From: Cyanophora paradoxa CCMP329
Taxonomy: Eukaryota; Plantae; Glaucophyta
Reading direction: 5' to 3'
DNA: 64,000 nt
Assembly: GCA_004431415.1 (NCBI GenBank)
Contig: QPMI01000106.1
Location: 124,001-188,000 of the forward strand
The translations under genes were made by a program, and so were the position numbers. Each line of letters begins with the position of its first letter. Positions within the stretch are counted from its first letter, which is position 1. Below the pieces are notes generated by a model, which saw only the letters and a list, made by a program, of their open reading frames with translations, was not told the DNA's origin and made no database searches. This document shows positions 38,200 through 49,438 of this stretch, one piece after another.

Positions 38200-39830
38200 A
38201 ACCCTGAACAGCTGGCTAAAAGATGATGGTGTTGTCTGCAGAGGGCTCGCCGTAAACATAGGCGATCCAGGCCTTCTGGAGCGGGTCGAGGCGGAAGTCG
38301 CCCATGGGGGTGAGCGGCAGCCAGCGGCGGCGGTCCTGAAGAGAGCCGTCTTGCGAGAGCATGGTGAGGCGGCCCGCCGCTGCGAGCGCCCGCAGAGCCA
38401 CGCGGCTGGCGCGCTGCTCGCTCCCGCTGCGCATCTGGTAGACAAGGTCTTGAATTTCGATATCCGCGAGGCCGGCGTCACGGAGGCGGTTGAGGACTCC
38501 CATGTGGAGGTCCTCGATCGCAGGCCTGCCGTGGCAATTATGAACAGAGGTGAGCTATGGGCGGTCCACTTCAATGAATCTTCACGCACCCGACAAAGCG
38601 AACGACGAAGCGATCCTGCCGCGCAGCCGCGAGTGCTTCGACGGTCGCTAAAGCGAAGGCGACGGCTTCCTCGCGGATGGGGGGGAAGCCAGGCCGGTCG
38701 GGGAGCTCGCGGACGATGATGAGCAGCGGCCTCTCAGCTGCTCCGAGCACGGACACGAGACCGGCGACGTGGGGGGCCGCTCCGGACGGCCAGGTGGACG
38801 CGGCGTGCCGGTATCCGTCCGGCGGGAGCACCAACGCGACGGCGCCCGCAGAAAGCCGGCCGCGCGCTTGAATCAGCGTGATTCTGGTCATTTTCGTCCG
38901 AAGACGATACACGATCATGATCAGCTGATCTCCCGTTCCAGCGCACGCGTTTCGAGAAGGGTTCCTGCACAGCATTTCAGCAATTTGAATAAGTCTCTTG
39001 AGTTTCATCACGCACTGCGATCGACGATGGTGGCAAAGCCTGGAGCAACAAGTCATTCACATTATTCTGGATGCATATATGAGTCTATCGCAAACCTGAG
39101 TGATTGGACGGGCCGGCGCTACTCCAATGTTCGTCTCAGGTAGTTGAAACGCTCCAGGCTCAGCGTGCGGCAGTTGAAACGCTCCAGGCTAAGCGTACAC
39201 GCGTACGTCAATGCGGGCGGGAGATGCATGTCAAGTAACGAGAGGGTACCGCCAGAGGAAGAGGCGACGATAAGCCTGTGCGAGGACTTCTCTGGTCTTC
39301 AGCTGCAGCGACCTGTGTATGCAATATAATTATAACCTCAGAAACCTAAACGCCAACTGAAGACTGTGCACGCACTGCTCCAGGGTTCGCAGCGATGCCG
39401 AACGGCGGTTGGGATGTAATCTGGGGAGGACCCTAATCGCGTGCTGATATCAGTATGTTTTACTGGATTCCAGAGCCGGCAGTAGTGCACCTGAGAGTAG
39501 AACCGAGAGCTAGGAATTCCGCCTGCGGAGACGTTTGCTTCAAGTTGAGGACGACCCTGCAAGCCGCTTTATGAGAAACATTGTGTAAACACAGCGTGCA
39601 TGCATGCAACCGACGTTGCTTGGGACGCCGCACCCGTAATTTGCTTTCATGACTGCGGACGTGCCGGTAGAGATGTTTGCGCCTACAGAAATGATTGCGC
39701 GCCGCGGCTGGGCAAAGAAGGCAAAGCCCGCCGTTGCAAGCCCCAGTGCTGCAAAGCTCTAACTGTATGCTCTCGCCTTCAACGATGCCTTCAGGCAGCT
39801 CTGCAGCAACTTTGCGCCCTCGTCGCATGT
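38200..39830 (-). pseudogene. Uncharacterised, probably degenerate coding region with a C2H2-like motif
   Basis: CLLC-x16-H-x3-H (CLLCPAAARNHFCRRKHLYRHVRSH) near 39650-39725 and a protein-like stretch MGVLNRLRDAGLADIEIQDL... at 38216-38503; no continuous model could be built. Confidence 0.3.
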
Positions 39831-40242
39831 TAACTTTCTCTTGTTGGCTGCTGAGGCGCTTTCTCTTGCTTAAGCTCAGTGCCGAAGCTCAGTTCACGCC
39901 CGGATTCTCGTGCACGCAATGATCTCGCTTACTCACTGTTCACGCGCTGCAGCTGCACACGCGCCGCTCTTTGTTATTCGCAACTCGAACGCTCGCGATC
40001 GGTTTGCCGCTGATGCGCTCGCGATCGCAAGAGCTGGTCAGCTCGCAAGACCGCCCGGCGCGAAGGGACAGCGGCCGGGGCGCCAACGAGGTCGGCGCAG
40101 GGATGCGGCTGCGAGCAGAGGCTGGATCGCGAGGAAAAGCTACGCGGTATGGGCCAATCCGGCCCACGGGCTGCGCGTGCTTCGGTGCACGTGCTGCGGT
40201 GCAAGCTTGATGCAGTCAAAAGTAGATCAGGCGGCACGGGTA

Positions 40243-40670
40243 CCGTGCGGCGTACGCGGCGCACTGCGAGGAAGTGGAAATCCAGAGGAGATCGAGCAAG
40301 ACAGCTAGGGAGAATTTTAAGAAATTCCGTGCGGCGTACGCGGCGCAGTATTCTAGTGCGAGGAAGTGGAAATCTAGAGGAGATCGAGCAAGACAGCTAG
40401 GGAGAAGTGGTTCCATGCAGAACCGCGCAACGAAGAGCAAGGCGTACGCGACGCACTGCGAGGAAGCCGAAATCTACAGGAGACAGCTAGCTATAGGGAG
40501 AACTGGTTCCATGCAGAACCGCGGAAGGAATTCGAAGACCGGAATGAGAGAGAAGTTGGTTTCCAGGCTTCAAGTCGAGGAAAACTGGTCTTCGCTAGAA
40601 CCGCGGAAGGAATTCGAAGACCGGAATGAGAGAGAAGTTGGTTTCCAGGCTTCAAGTCAAGGAAAACTGG
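40243..40670. repeat. Patchwork of 60-85 bp direct repeats
   Basis: ccgtgcggcgtacgcggcgca..gaggaagtggaaatc(c/t)agaggagatcgagcaagacagctagggagaa occurs twice plus a partial copy; agaaccgcggaaggaattcgaagaccggaatgagagagaagttggtttccaggcttcaagtc occurs twice. Confidence 0.85.
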
Positions 40671-41310
40671 TCTTCGCCCTCGAAAACCTTTTTTTGCATG
40701 GACGGCCGCAGCGACAAACACGTGTCGCTGCAACCGAATTTCGGCCCATTTTTTTCCCGCGTTGCAAACTGGACCTCGAAAACGGCCTCATAGAAGAAAT
40801 TTTGGCTGAAGCGAGGGAACGGGAAGCAAGGGGGGAAGACCTTCGGTCTTCTTTCCCCCCTTGCAACATGTAAATTACCGGTAACTAGTACTAACTACTA
40901 GGCTACTAGGCTACCTGGCAAAGGCTGGCATGCATGTACTTAATGGACATTAAATAATGTCATTAATTAAAAAACGTACATTATAATGACAGCACTGCGG
41001 CCCTGCGGGCCGGGCGTTCCAATAATAATAAGAAAGAAATAGGTTCCAATCGGGCCGGGCGCCGGCCGGCACATGAAAAATGCCCGGATTGTTTTTCGCA
41101 ACATGAAAAATGTTTCGAGCCCCCGCGATTCAGGGCCGCGAAACGCCTTTAAATTTTTAAGAGGTACTCCCGGGATCCGGAGCCGCCGCCGCCCGCCGGG
41201 CGCGCAAGCTCAGGAGCCTCATGATCAGGCCGCGGAGTCGACATCGATATCAGGCCCGGCGGCCTAGGCGGCCGGAGTGACGGCGGAGTCAGGACTCTCA
41301 GGACCGGCTA

Positions 41311-41872
41311 CCGTGTGGCACTATAATACCGCGCCCACTTAATTTTTTTTTTTTGAGAGACTACGGTGGGGCGAACCCCCCGTAGGTAGTGATATTAAAG
41401 ACAACAAAGCAATCACAAATCAAAGATACAGTAAACTAGCACAAAATATATACAGAATCAAGAGGGATCACGAGAAGGGACACGATCAGAAGAACGCAAA
41501 AGATAAGGAGAACGAGCACGAGGAGAAGGAGTAGAAGAGCTCAAGGGCGTCGATGCAGAAGTACTAGTCACACTAGAACGACGAGGAGCACGGGGACGCA
41601 GCAAATAAGGAGAACGAGCGCGGTACCAAAGCGCCCACTTAATTACCGCGGTACCAAATTACCGCGTCGAGAATTTGGTAAAACGCGGTAATTTGGTACC
41701 GCGGTAATTCGCTGCTGAGAAGTCCCCCCATACAGTACCCCCCCGAATAACCGCCCCATACAAGCCTCAAGTTTTTTAAAACGCGGTAATTTGGTACCGC
41801 GGTATTTTGGCCACCCTCGGGCCGGAGTTTCTAACGCGGTAATTTATGCCGCGGTAATTTAGTGCCACACGG
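41311..41872. mobile_element. MITE family C, interrupted by a SINE-like insertion
   Basis: TA|CCGTGTGGCACTATAATACCGCG...CGCGGTAATTTAGTGCCACACGG|TA, with internal cgcggtaatttggtaccgcgg repeats. Confidence 0.85.
41343..41619 (-). mobile_element. SINE-like family 1, copy 1
   Basis: Poly(T)-gagagactacggtggggcgaaccccccgtag...; nearly identical to 59038-59306; gcgcccacttaatt is duplicated at 41331 and 41631. Confidence 0.88.
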
Positions 41873-41959
41873 TAGCGCTGCCGGCGGCCCGGCGCCGGTC
41901 CAAGTTGCCAACTTGGCAAGTTGGGATTCTACAGCCAACTTGGCAAGTTGTACATTATA

Positions 41960-42198
41960 CTGTAAACGTAGGAATCTTCGACAGCGTCTTTATTTCGTCT
42001 ATATTCGTCAGACCTGCTCTTTGACGAATATTTGATGCTCTTGGACTGAAATTTTGTATGGAGAGGGGTACTAACGGCTGATTAGTCTATGGCGGAGTTG
42101 TGAGGCTGACGAAAATATGATGCTGTCGAACAATATTTTCGTCACGATTTTCGGGTTTTGTCGAAATTAAGTCTCGACGAAAATTTCTACGTTTACAG
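41960..42198. mobile_element. MITE family A, copy 2 (complete)
   Basis: TA|CTGTAAACGTAGGAATCTTCG...CGAAAATTTCTACGTTTACAG|TA; the matching empty site gtacattaTAatgacagcac is present at 40976-40995. Confidence 0.92.
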
Positions 42199-42439
42199 TA
42201 ATGACAGCACCGGTAACTACTAGGCTACTAGACTACCTAGTATGCATATATATATATATATGTCATGATGGTTCTAGTAGCTACGTATATATATATACCT
42301 GGTACGCTCTTAGTAACTGCCGCGGGGCGCCGGGCGCCGCCGGCTTTGCACAGCTCACTCCGAGGCTCCAAGGCTCGTCGGATAAAAAGCCGCTCAGCTT
42401 TTAAGTTTCACAACTTCGAGGCCAAGGCTTCGCACAGCC

Positions 42440-43132
42440 TGACGGCGAACGGCCTCCATCCTCCAAGGTTCGTCGGCGTGTTGATCGTCGGATTGCAGCT
42501 GCACTGCTGCTGCAGCTGCCACTGCCCGTCAGCATCGATTGCGAGTGCCGTACGCGCGCGTACTCACCTTGCGATCGTCAGGTTTCTTCAGCGACCCGAA
42601 ACTCGCAATGGATATGCGAACTCGCATAAACAAATCCACACGTGGAAGTGCTTCAACGATGTGAACAAGTTTTGCCGTCTCAAAAATTATATCGGCACAG
42701 GGGAGCCAACCACCAGACTTGAAGCGAGAAACGCATGCAAACGCATGGGGGGCAATTGCTACCAACTCGACGGCACACAGTCCTGCCACCATATTCCCGA
42801 TGGACTTCGGCTTCCCATCCTCGATGAGGATGCCCAGGTCCGCGCGCGAGCCGCTGCATTAATACGCGCATCTAGCTCAAGACCGCGCGCAAGGTTTCGT
42901 GGATCGCTTATATGTACACAATTCCTCGCGAAAATCGCGCAGATGGAGGCCGAGATGGACTTCGCTGAGCTTGAGGCCGTCATGGAGGCCGAGAATGCGG
43001 TGCGCATTACTAGTGCCCGCATGTCTTGTCTTATCTCTCGCGATGCAGAGTGAATATTAATCACGCTAGCGACGCTCGCAGATGTTGCAGGGCGCCTATC
43101 TCGAGCTCGAGGGCTGCGACGCCTCCGCCTGA
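42440..43132 (+). CDS. Small multi-exon Cys-containing protein with an acidic tail (start not found; possibly a pseudogene)
   Basis: Exon-like FLQRPETRNGY..KCFNDVNKFC..NACKRMGGNCYQLDGTQSCHH..DEDAQ|MEAEMDFAELEAVMEAENA|MLQGAYLELEGCDASA* with GT-AG borders. Confidence 0.4.
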
Positions 43133-43233
43133 GCTATAGCTAGGCGTAATTCGCTTGCTCAGTTGATTGATATTGGGCTGTGAATCGTGTGATTTTCACC
43201 GTGATCATGAATTAAACAAGAAAGTGATCATGA

Positions 43234-43987
43234 TTTGTTTTTGGTGAATAACCGGCCACAGTCTCTAGACACCAGCACGGCGGGGGCTGCCCAGGGGGCA
43301 CGGGGACAAAAAGTAAAGGAACAATGACAAGAGGACGAAGAAGACAAGACAAAGAGCCAAATCGACAATAAACAAGGAAAGCCATAGAGCTCGAGACAGA
43401 TGGAGAAGAGACGAGAACTAAACCAGACCGAGCAGATCTAAAGCTAGAGACAGAAGATGACAGACACGAAAAAGAGCCGCTGAGCTAGAGCGAGAAATAC
43501 CATTAAAATCGGAGGGAACCACATCGATATCACTAACAAGCGGAGGACAAATTTGAGAAAGATAAATAACAGGAAGCAGACAGGTAGGAGGAACAACAAG
43601 ACGACGTGGAGGCGGAGGCGAAGCAGGACAATGCGGAAAGGCAGAGCTACGGCACGAGTTCGAAGAGGACACAGAAGGCGGAGCAGGCGGATCAAGAGCA
43701 GGCAAAAGGACAGTCAAAGGAATCACTAAAGCCGGCCGGGGTCGAGGCGGGCAGTCGAACAGCAAACGACAGCGAACGACAGGGCGAGCACGAGGACTAC
43801 AGCGCTATAGCTAGCTAGTACAGAAACTAGCTCTAGCATCAACACTACGATCAGAATCCGAACCAGACCGAACTAAACTACAAGACGGAGAACGCCGGCG
43901 CCGGCGGGAGACGACCAGCGGAGCAGAAGACGAAGGCAGAGGCGGCGGTCCTGGACTCCCGGGACCAACTTTGGCAACTTTTTTGGC
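43234..43987 (-). mobile_element. Non-LTR/SINE-like family 2, long (~750 bp) non-coding copy
   Basis: Same 3' end as 30853-30935; strongly purine-skewed on the plus strand; TSD aagtgatcat at 43222 and 43988. Confidence 0.8.
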
Positions 43988-44657
43988 AAGTGATCATAAA
44001 TTGCCACGCCGGAGATCTGCAGCTGGCATATATAGATCTAGCTATAGAGCTGGCGGTAGGGCATACGTAGATTCAATGTCTTCCGTTTTCCACACAGATA
44101 ATTATAACTAAGTAACAGGGTTCAACGTCGCTCATATGTATACGCTTAAGCTTGAGAATTGAAGGGTAGCCCCTAGATTCAGGAAGCCCCTAGATTCAGG
44201 ACTCCGGGAGGTATTAAGCTTGATAATTGAAGGGGGCTAATTCTGGAGTCTACGTACAGCTACAGATACAGATAAAATCTGGCTCATCATCTGCGACATG
44301 TATGGCCAGCCGCGCAACAAGCTAAAGGCTTCGAGGGAAAAGGACGTGACGTGCAGAAAATGGGACAGGGAAATACTAGGTGCCGGGGCCCCCGGAATCA
44401 AGAGATATATAGTTTCTACGCGGGGCGTCGGGCGGGCTCCAAGCTCCACGCTCACGCTCGTGATCGTGATGTAATCTGTAAATATTCAACTCAATTCATG
44501 ATTGATCAGGCCCCCTGCAAAATCAAATTAAAGCAAAGACCCTCAATTGCAAGCTTTCGCCTCCCTCAGATTAAAGCCAATATTAATCAAGGCCCGGATC
44601 TTAATTTAAAACAGATCGAAGCGAATTAAATTGAACCTAATTAACTAAGACCCGAAG

Positions 44658-47558
44658 CTAGAGGAATATATTCCCAAAGTTCTGGACGTCCTCCAGGCTG
44701 TCCCCCGAGACCAGCTCGCCCCCGGCCTCGACCCGCAGCTCCTGTCCCGTGTCCCGTCCTCGATCAGAGAAGGGAGAAAGGGAGGGCAAATTAAAGGGCC
44801 GGAGGGGGGGGGGGGGGGGGGGGGCGGGTACCTGGTCGTCGAAGGCGTCGGGGTCGGGGGCGGTCCCGGGGGCTCGCCGGGGCCGCCCCCGGCGGCCTGG
44901 AAGCGGCGCCAGAGCCAGTGGGCCGGGGTGCGCGTCGCGGGGTCCCGGTTGGCGAGGCGCCGCTGCTCGGCGGCCCGCCGCAGGCGCGAGGGCCGCTGCA
45001 CCGCCGCCTCGCCCCGCCCCTCCGCCTCGAACCACTCCTGCCGCACACGACAACAAAGTCAAACGAACGAACAAAGATGGGATGTTGAGTCTGTCTTGGG
45101 CACCTTGAAGAGGGCGTGCTGGGCGAGCTGGGCGCGGGAGGGCGCCGCGGCGGCGCGCCGGCGGAACTCGGCGGCGATGGCGGCGCGGGCGTCGGCCTCG
45201 GGGACGGCGCGGGGCCCGTGGCCGGTGAGGAGGAGGACGCCGGAGCCCCAGAGGCGGCGGAGGAGCAGCGAGAAGGTCTCCCGCTCCGCCCGCAGCAGGT
45301 TCGCGAAGAGCAGCGCCGGCAGCACGACTGCTCCGGATGGCTCAGATCAGGTCAGATCAGGTCAGGTCAGAGCGGGAGAGGGGAAGGGAGGGTCATATGA
45401 GCTCACCCTCGACGGGGCCCATCTTGACGCGGCGGAGTCGTTCCTGGAGGGGGAGATTACGGGGGGGGGGGGGGGTACGTGGGGCACGGGCAGCTAGCCG
45501 GGGACAGCGTACCCTGACTTGGGGCCAGAGGTTGTCGGGGCAGTACAGGCGCGAGAGGGCCGAGCACTTCTGGCCTGGCGGGGTATACCGCGCAGGGAGG
45601 AAGGCGGCGGAGGTCGAGGGGGCCGGGCAGCGTACCCTGGTACTCGAATTCGGAGCGGAGGGAATGGAGGGCGACCTGCGCGGGGTCCGCGCTCCTGTGC
45701 ACCTGCGGCCCGGGGTACAGGATTCAGGGGAGGGTACGTGTGTCCGTTTGGAAGGGAAGGGGGAGGGGCGCGCCATGTGGAAGTTTTTGCCGCCCGTCTC
45801 GCCCACTGCAGCGAAAGAGAGTCAGGGGTACATCTGGGGGGGGGGGAGAGGCATGCGCAGGAGGGGCGAGGGGTACCGATGCGGGGGAAGGTCTTGTAGT
45901 TCTCGAGGTTGTCAGCGACCTGCCAGGGTACCAGGCGTTCACTCCGGGGTACCGACTGTAGGTAGGAGGGGGGGGGGTACGCGCCATCTTGTACAGCTTC
46001 ATGAAGGTCGCCGTGCTACCCGTGAAGTGCAGGCCAGCGAGGTGGGGGGACGAGACGCAGACCTGAGGGTACGCGATTTTGAGCGGGCTTGGGAGGGGCG
46101 GGACGGAGGGGGGTACGGCGCACGTCGCCGAAGAGGGGGCCGGGGGCGGGGACGAACTGGATGACGCCGTCGGGCAGCCCCGCCTCGCGGAGGATCTGGG
46201 GAGGGGGCAGGGGTACAGCCGCGAAGAGGGGGGGGGCGAGGAGGCCTAGGGGGGTACCTGGTAGATGACCCAGTTGGAGAGGGTGGCGGTCGAAGACGGC
46301 TTCCAGAGGCAGACGTTGCCTTGGGGGGAGGGGGGGAGGAATGAGGCGGGGGTAGTGGGGAGGGGCGCGGGACTGGTGGGATGAGGCGTACCCATGATGG
46401 CGGGGGAGGAGGTGAGGTTGGCGCCGATTGCCGTAAAGTTGAAGGGCGAAACCGCCGCCACGAAACCCTCCTGCGGGGTACGGCTCGATCTTGGGGAGGA
46501 GGAGGGGGGCCAAGAGGTACGGGGCCGCACGAGGGGGCGGTACTCCATCCGGTTCCATACCCCGGGAGAGTTCTCCGGCGGCTGCTGCTGGTAGATCTCT
46601 GCGGCCGGACCGTCAGGGGGTACAGTACAGTACGGTCAGGGGGGTACGCGCGCTCGGCGAACTTGGCGGAGAAGCGCCAGAAGTCGATGGTCTCGACGGG
46701 CGCGTCGATCTCCGCCTGCCACAGGTTCTTGCCCTGCGCAGCCGCCGCGGAGTTAGCGCCGTGGCTGGGGCGCGGGGCAGCCGAACGCGTCCGTTGCCTT
46801 GAGAGGGGAGGGGGAAAGGAATGAGGCGGGGGTAGTGGGGCCCCGGGGAGGGGCGCGGGGCTGGTGGGATGAGGTGCACCCATGATGAGGGGCTGGTGGC
46901 CCAGTGGTGGGATGAGGCTTCGCCTGCAGCGCCCTCTCGAGCGCCTGTGCGCGCCCGCCCCGCGTCAGCGAAGCGCCGCCGGCGCTCTCCGGCGGGCTCG
47001 GGGCGGGCGCGGGCGCGCGCCTCCTTCAGCAGCTTCTCGTTCGCCTGCAGCTGGCGCCCGGCTGAAGTGGGCGAGGATCCGGGACGTGCCTGTGGTTCGA
47101 CGGCATCACCTGCTGCTGCACGTCGTCCGTGTGGATCTGCGCCCCCGCAGCGCGCTCAGAAGCGCGGAAGCAGGCGCCGCGGAGGCGCGCAGCGACCCGC
47201 TCGCCTCCTTCCCGTTGGATGAGGACGGGGATCTTGCACGGGCTCGCCGCCTTCATCTGGTCCAGCGCCTCGCGCAGCGCCTTCCGCTCCGCACTGCCGG
47301 GAGCATAGTGAAGCTGCGAGGGCGCGCCCGCGGCGCGCAGTTCGTCAGCGCGGTCGGCCAGGCGCCGGTCCATACGCGCGCGGGGCGGCAGGCGGCCGGA
47401 GACGCACGAACGGCTCGTTCTTGATCTGCGGCAGCGACGTACGCGAGAATGGCGCCGTAGTGGAGAGCTGTGCGCCGCCCACGCCGCCGAATGCGCGGGA
47501 GCGAATGGGCGCTGAGGCGAGCACGAGCGCTCGAACCATCAGAGCTCGCGCTGGCCAT
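44658..47558 (-). pseudogene. Chimera: P5CDH exons 1-16 (damaged) joined to the last three exons of the TRP-like gene
   Basis: 45370-47650 is an inverted copy of about 190-2537; 44235-45340 is an inverted copy of about 57655-58695. P5CDH exons 2-3 carry +1, +7 and +13 insertions. Most of exon 4 and all of exon 5 are replaced by a copy of the intron-8 region. Confidence 0.88.
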
Positions 47559-47787
47559 CCTAGCTGATCCGGAAGCTCTCATGATCAGGTTCGACATGCC
47601 CCGCGCGCCGCACTCAGGCTCCCCGAACGCGTACCCCGGCACAGCTCGCCCCGGGAGTCGCCCAGTCCGCCCCAAGTGGCCCAGGAGTCGCCCAGGAGTT
47701 GACCCGCTCAATAGCTAGCTTGCAGCGACGCAAAGCAAGCTCGTACGTGCCCAGGGAATCTCATCGGTCGGCCGCGAGCTGGACCCG

Positions 47788-49438
47788 ATGAACCCAGAGC
47801 AGTCGCTCGCCGACGGGCGCCCAGCCGCATCGAGCGGAATGTCGGCAAGCAGTACTCCACCGCCGCCAAGGGGCACGCCCGTGGGCGGACGGGACCCCGA
47901 GGTATCCGCGCTCGATTCCCGCCCCGTATTGCGGGCGCCCAGCGCCAGCGCCGGCAGACCGATGCTAGGCGTACGTAGAGCTTTCTAGCATGCACCGGAG
48001 CCACGCGGCTCGCCGCACCGCAGGCGCCGCGCGGCGGTCTCACACGCGCGAGCGCAGGGGAGCGCCCAGAACGACGTGTCTCTCGTCATCGACGACAAGG
48101 AGCCGTACGTGTACCTCGGCAACTGCGCGTGCGCGGCGGACCTCGAGCGCCTGAGGAAACTGCTCACGAACCCGTTGACCGGCCAGTCCGGCGCCATTGT
48201 GAACACGTGAGCGGCAGCCGCGCCGCGCCGCCGCCCGCCCCGCGCTCAGGGGCCGCTTGCGCGCAGGGCCGGGAACTTCCCCTGCCTCTACACCGACGAG
48301 TTCACGTACAAACAGTGCGCCGCGGCGCCCGCCTGCCCCCCACCCCCGCGCCCGCGCGCGCGCCCTCTGCCCGCACCTTACCTGAGCGGGCGACGCCGCG
48401 CAGCTTCGTGCTCGTGGACGATTGCGAGCAGGAGGTGCGCCGTCGGGCGGGGACCGGGTCGGGGCGGGGCGGGGCGGGGCGGGGCGGCCGGCGGGCGCTC
48501 CGGCTGCCCCGCGCAGCCGGCCCGCTCACTGGCCCCTGACACTGGGGCCCGGCGGGGCGGCAGGTCGTGGGATGGTTTGATGAGGCGGCCCGCTTCATCG
48601 ACGAGCAGCGCCGCGCGGGGAAGCGCGTCCTCGTCCACTGTGCGCCGCGCCGTACCCCCCCCGCCCTCCCCCCCCGCCCTTTGCCGAGCCGTACCCCGGG
48701 CAGGCATGCAGGGCTTCTCGCGCTCGGCGACGATGCTGCTGGCGTACCTCGTCGCGGTGCAGCGCATGCCGCTCGCGAAGGCCTTCGAGCTCTGCTGCTC
48801 CAGGCGCACCATCCGCCCCAACAGGCGCGCGCGCTCCATACATACAGAGGCCCTTCGAAGCCCGTACCCGTCCGAGACGCGTACCCCCCTCCCCCGCAGG
48901 TTCTTTCTGGAGCAGCTGCTGGAGTTCGAGAGGCGGCACCTCGGCTCCGCCAGCATCGACCTGCGCGAGCTCTTCGCGACGGGGTACAGCGTCCAGGGTC
49001 CGCTTCGCCCCGTACCCCCCCTCTTCCCCCCCACCCGCCCCTGACGCCTCCCCCGAAGGGGACGAGGCCTACGTGGAGAGGACGACGGGCGAGCGGGTGC
49101 TGCACGGCCTCCACAGGGGCCTCAACAAGCTCAACTCCGTCCGCGTGTTCGCCCGCGTCATCGCCGGCTCCGTGCGCGCCCTCGCTGGAACCACGTACCC
49201 ACCTCCACCTTGAATCGGGGTCGGGGTACAGGATCTGAGGACGAGCGGGACGGTGATCAGCACGCTCCTGTCCTACGCCTTCTCCCGCCGCTCCAAGCCC
49301 GGTGCCGGCGCCGGCGCCGACCTGCCCGCTCCAGGGGAAGAAGGACCCCCGCCCGCGGATTCGGCCGCGGCCGCCCCGCGGGTGCGCAGCGCGGGGCCGG
49401 GCGCCCCTCCGCCCTCAGACTCCGATCCGATGTCGTGA
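47788..49438 (+). CDS. Dual-specificity protein phosphatase (DSPc), multi-exon
   Basis: YVYLGN, WFDEAARFIDE.RRAGKRVLVH, spliced HC|MQGFSRSAT (HCx5R across intron 48640-48703), LAYL, IRPN.FFLEQLLEFE. Start is uncertain. Confidence 0.92.

Noticed and set aside
45370-47650. Second functional P5CDH gene or collapsed haplotype
   Set aside because: It lacks exons 17-23, has destroyed exons 4-5 and many substitutions, so it is a diverged partial duplicate.
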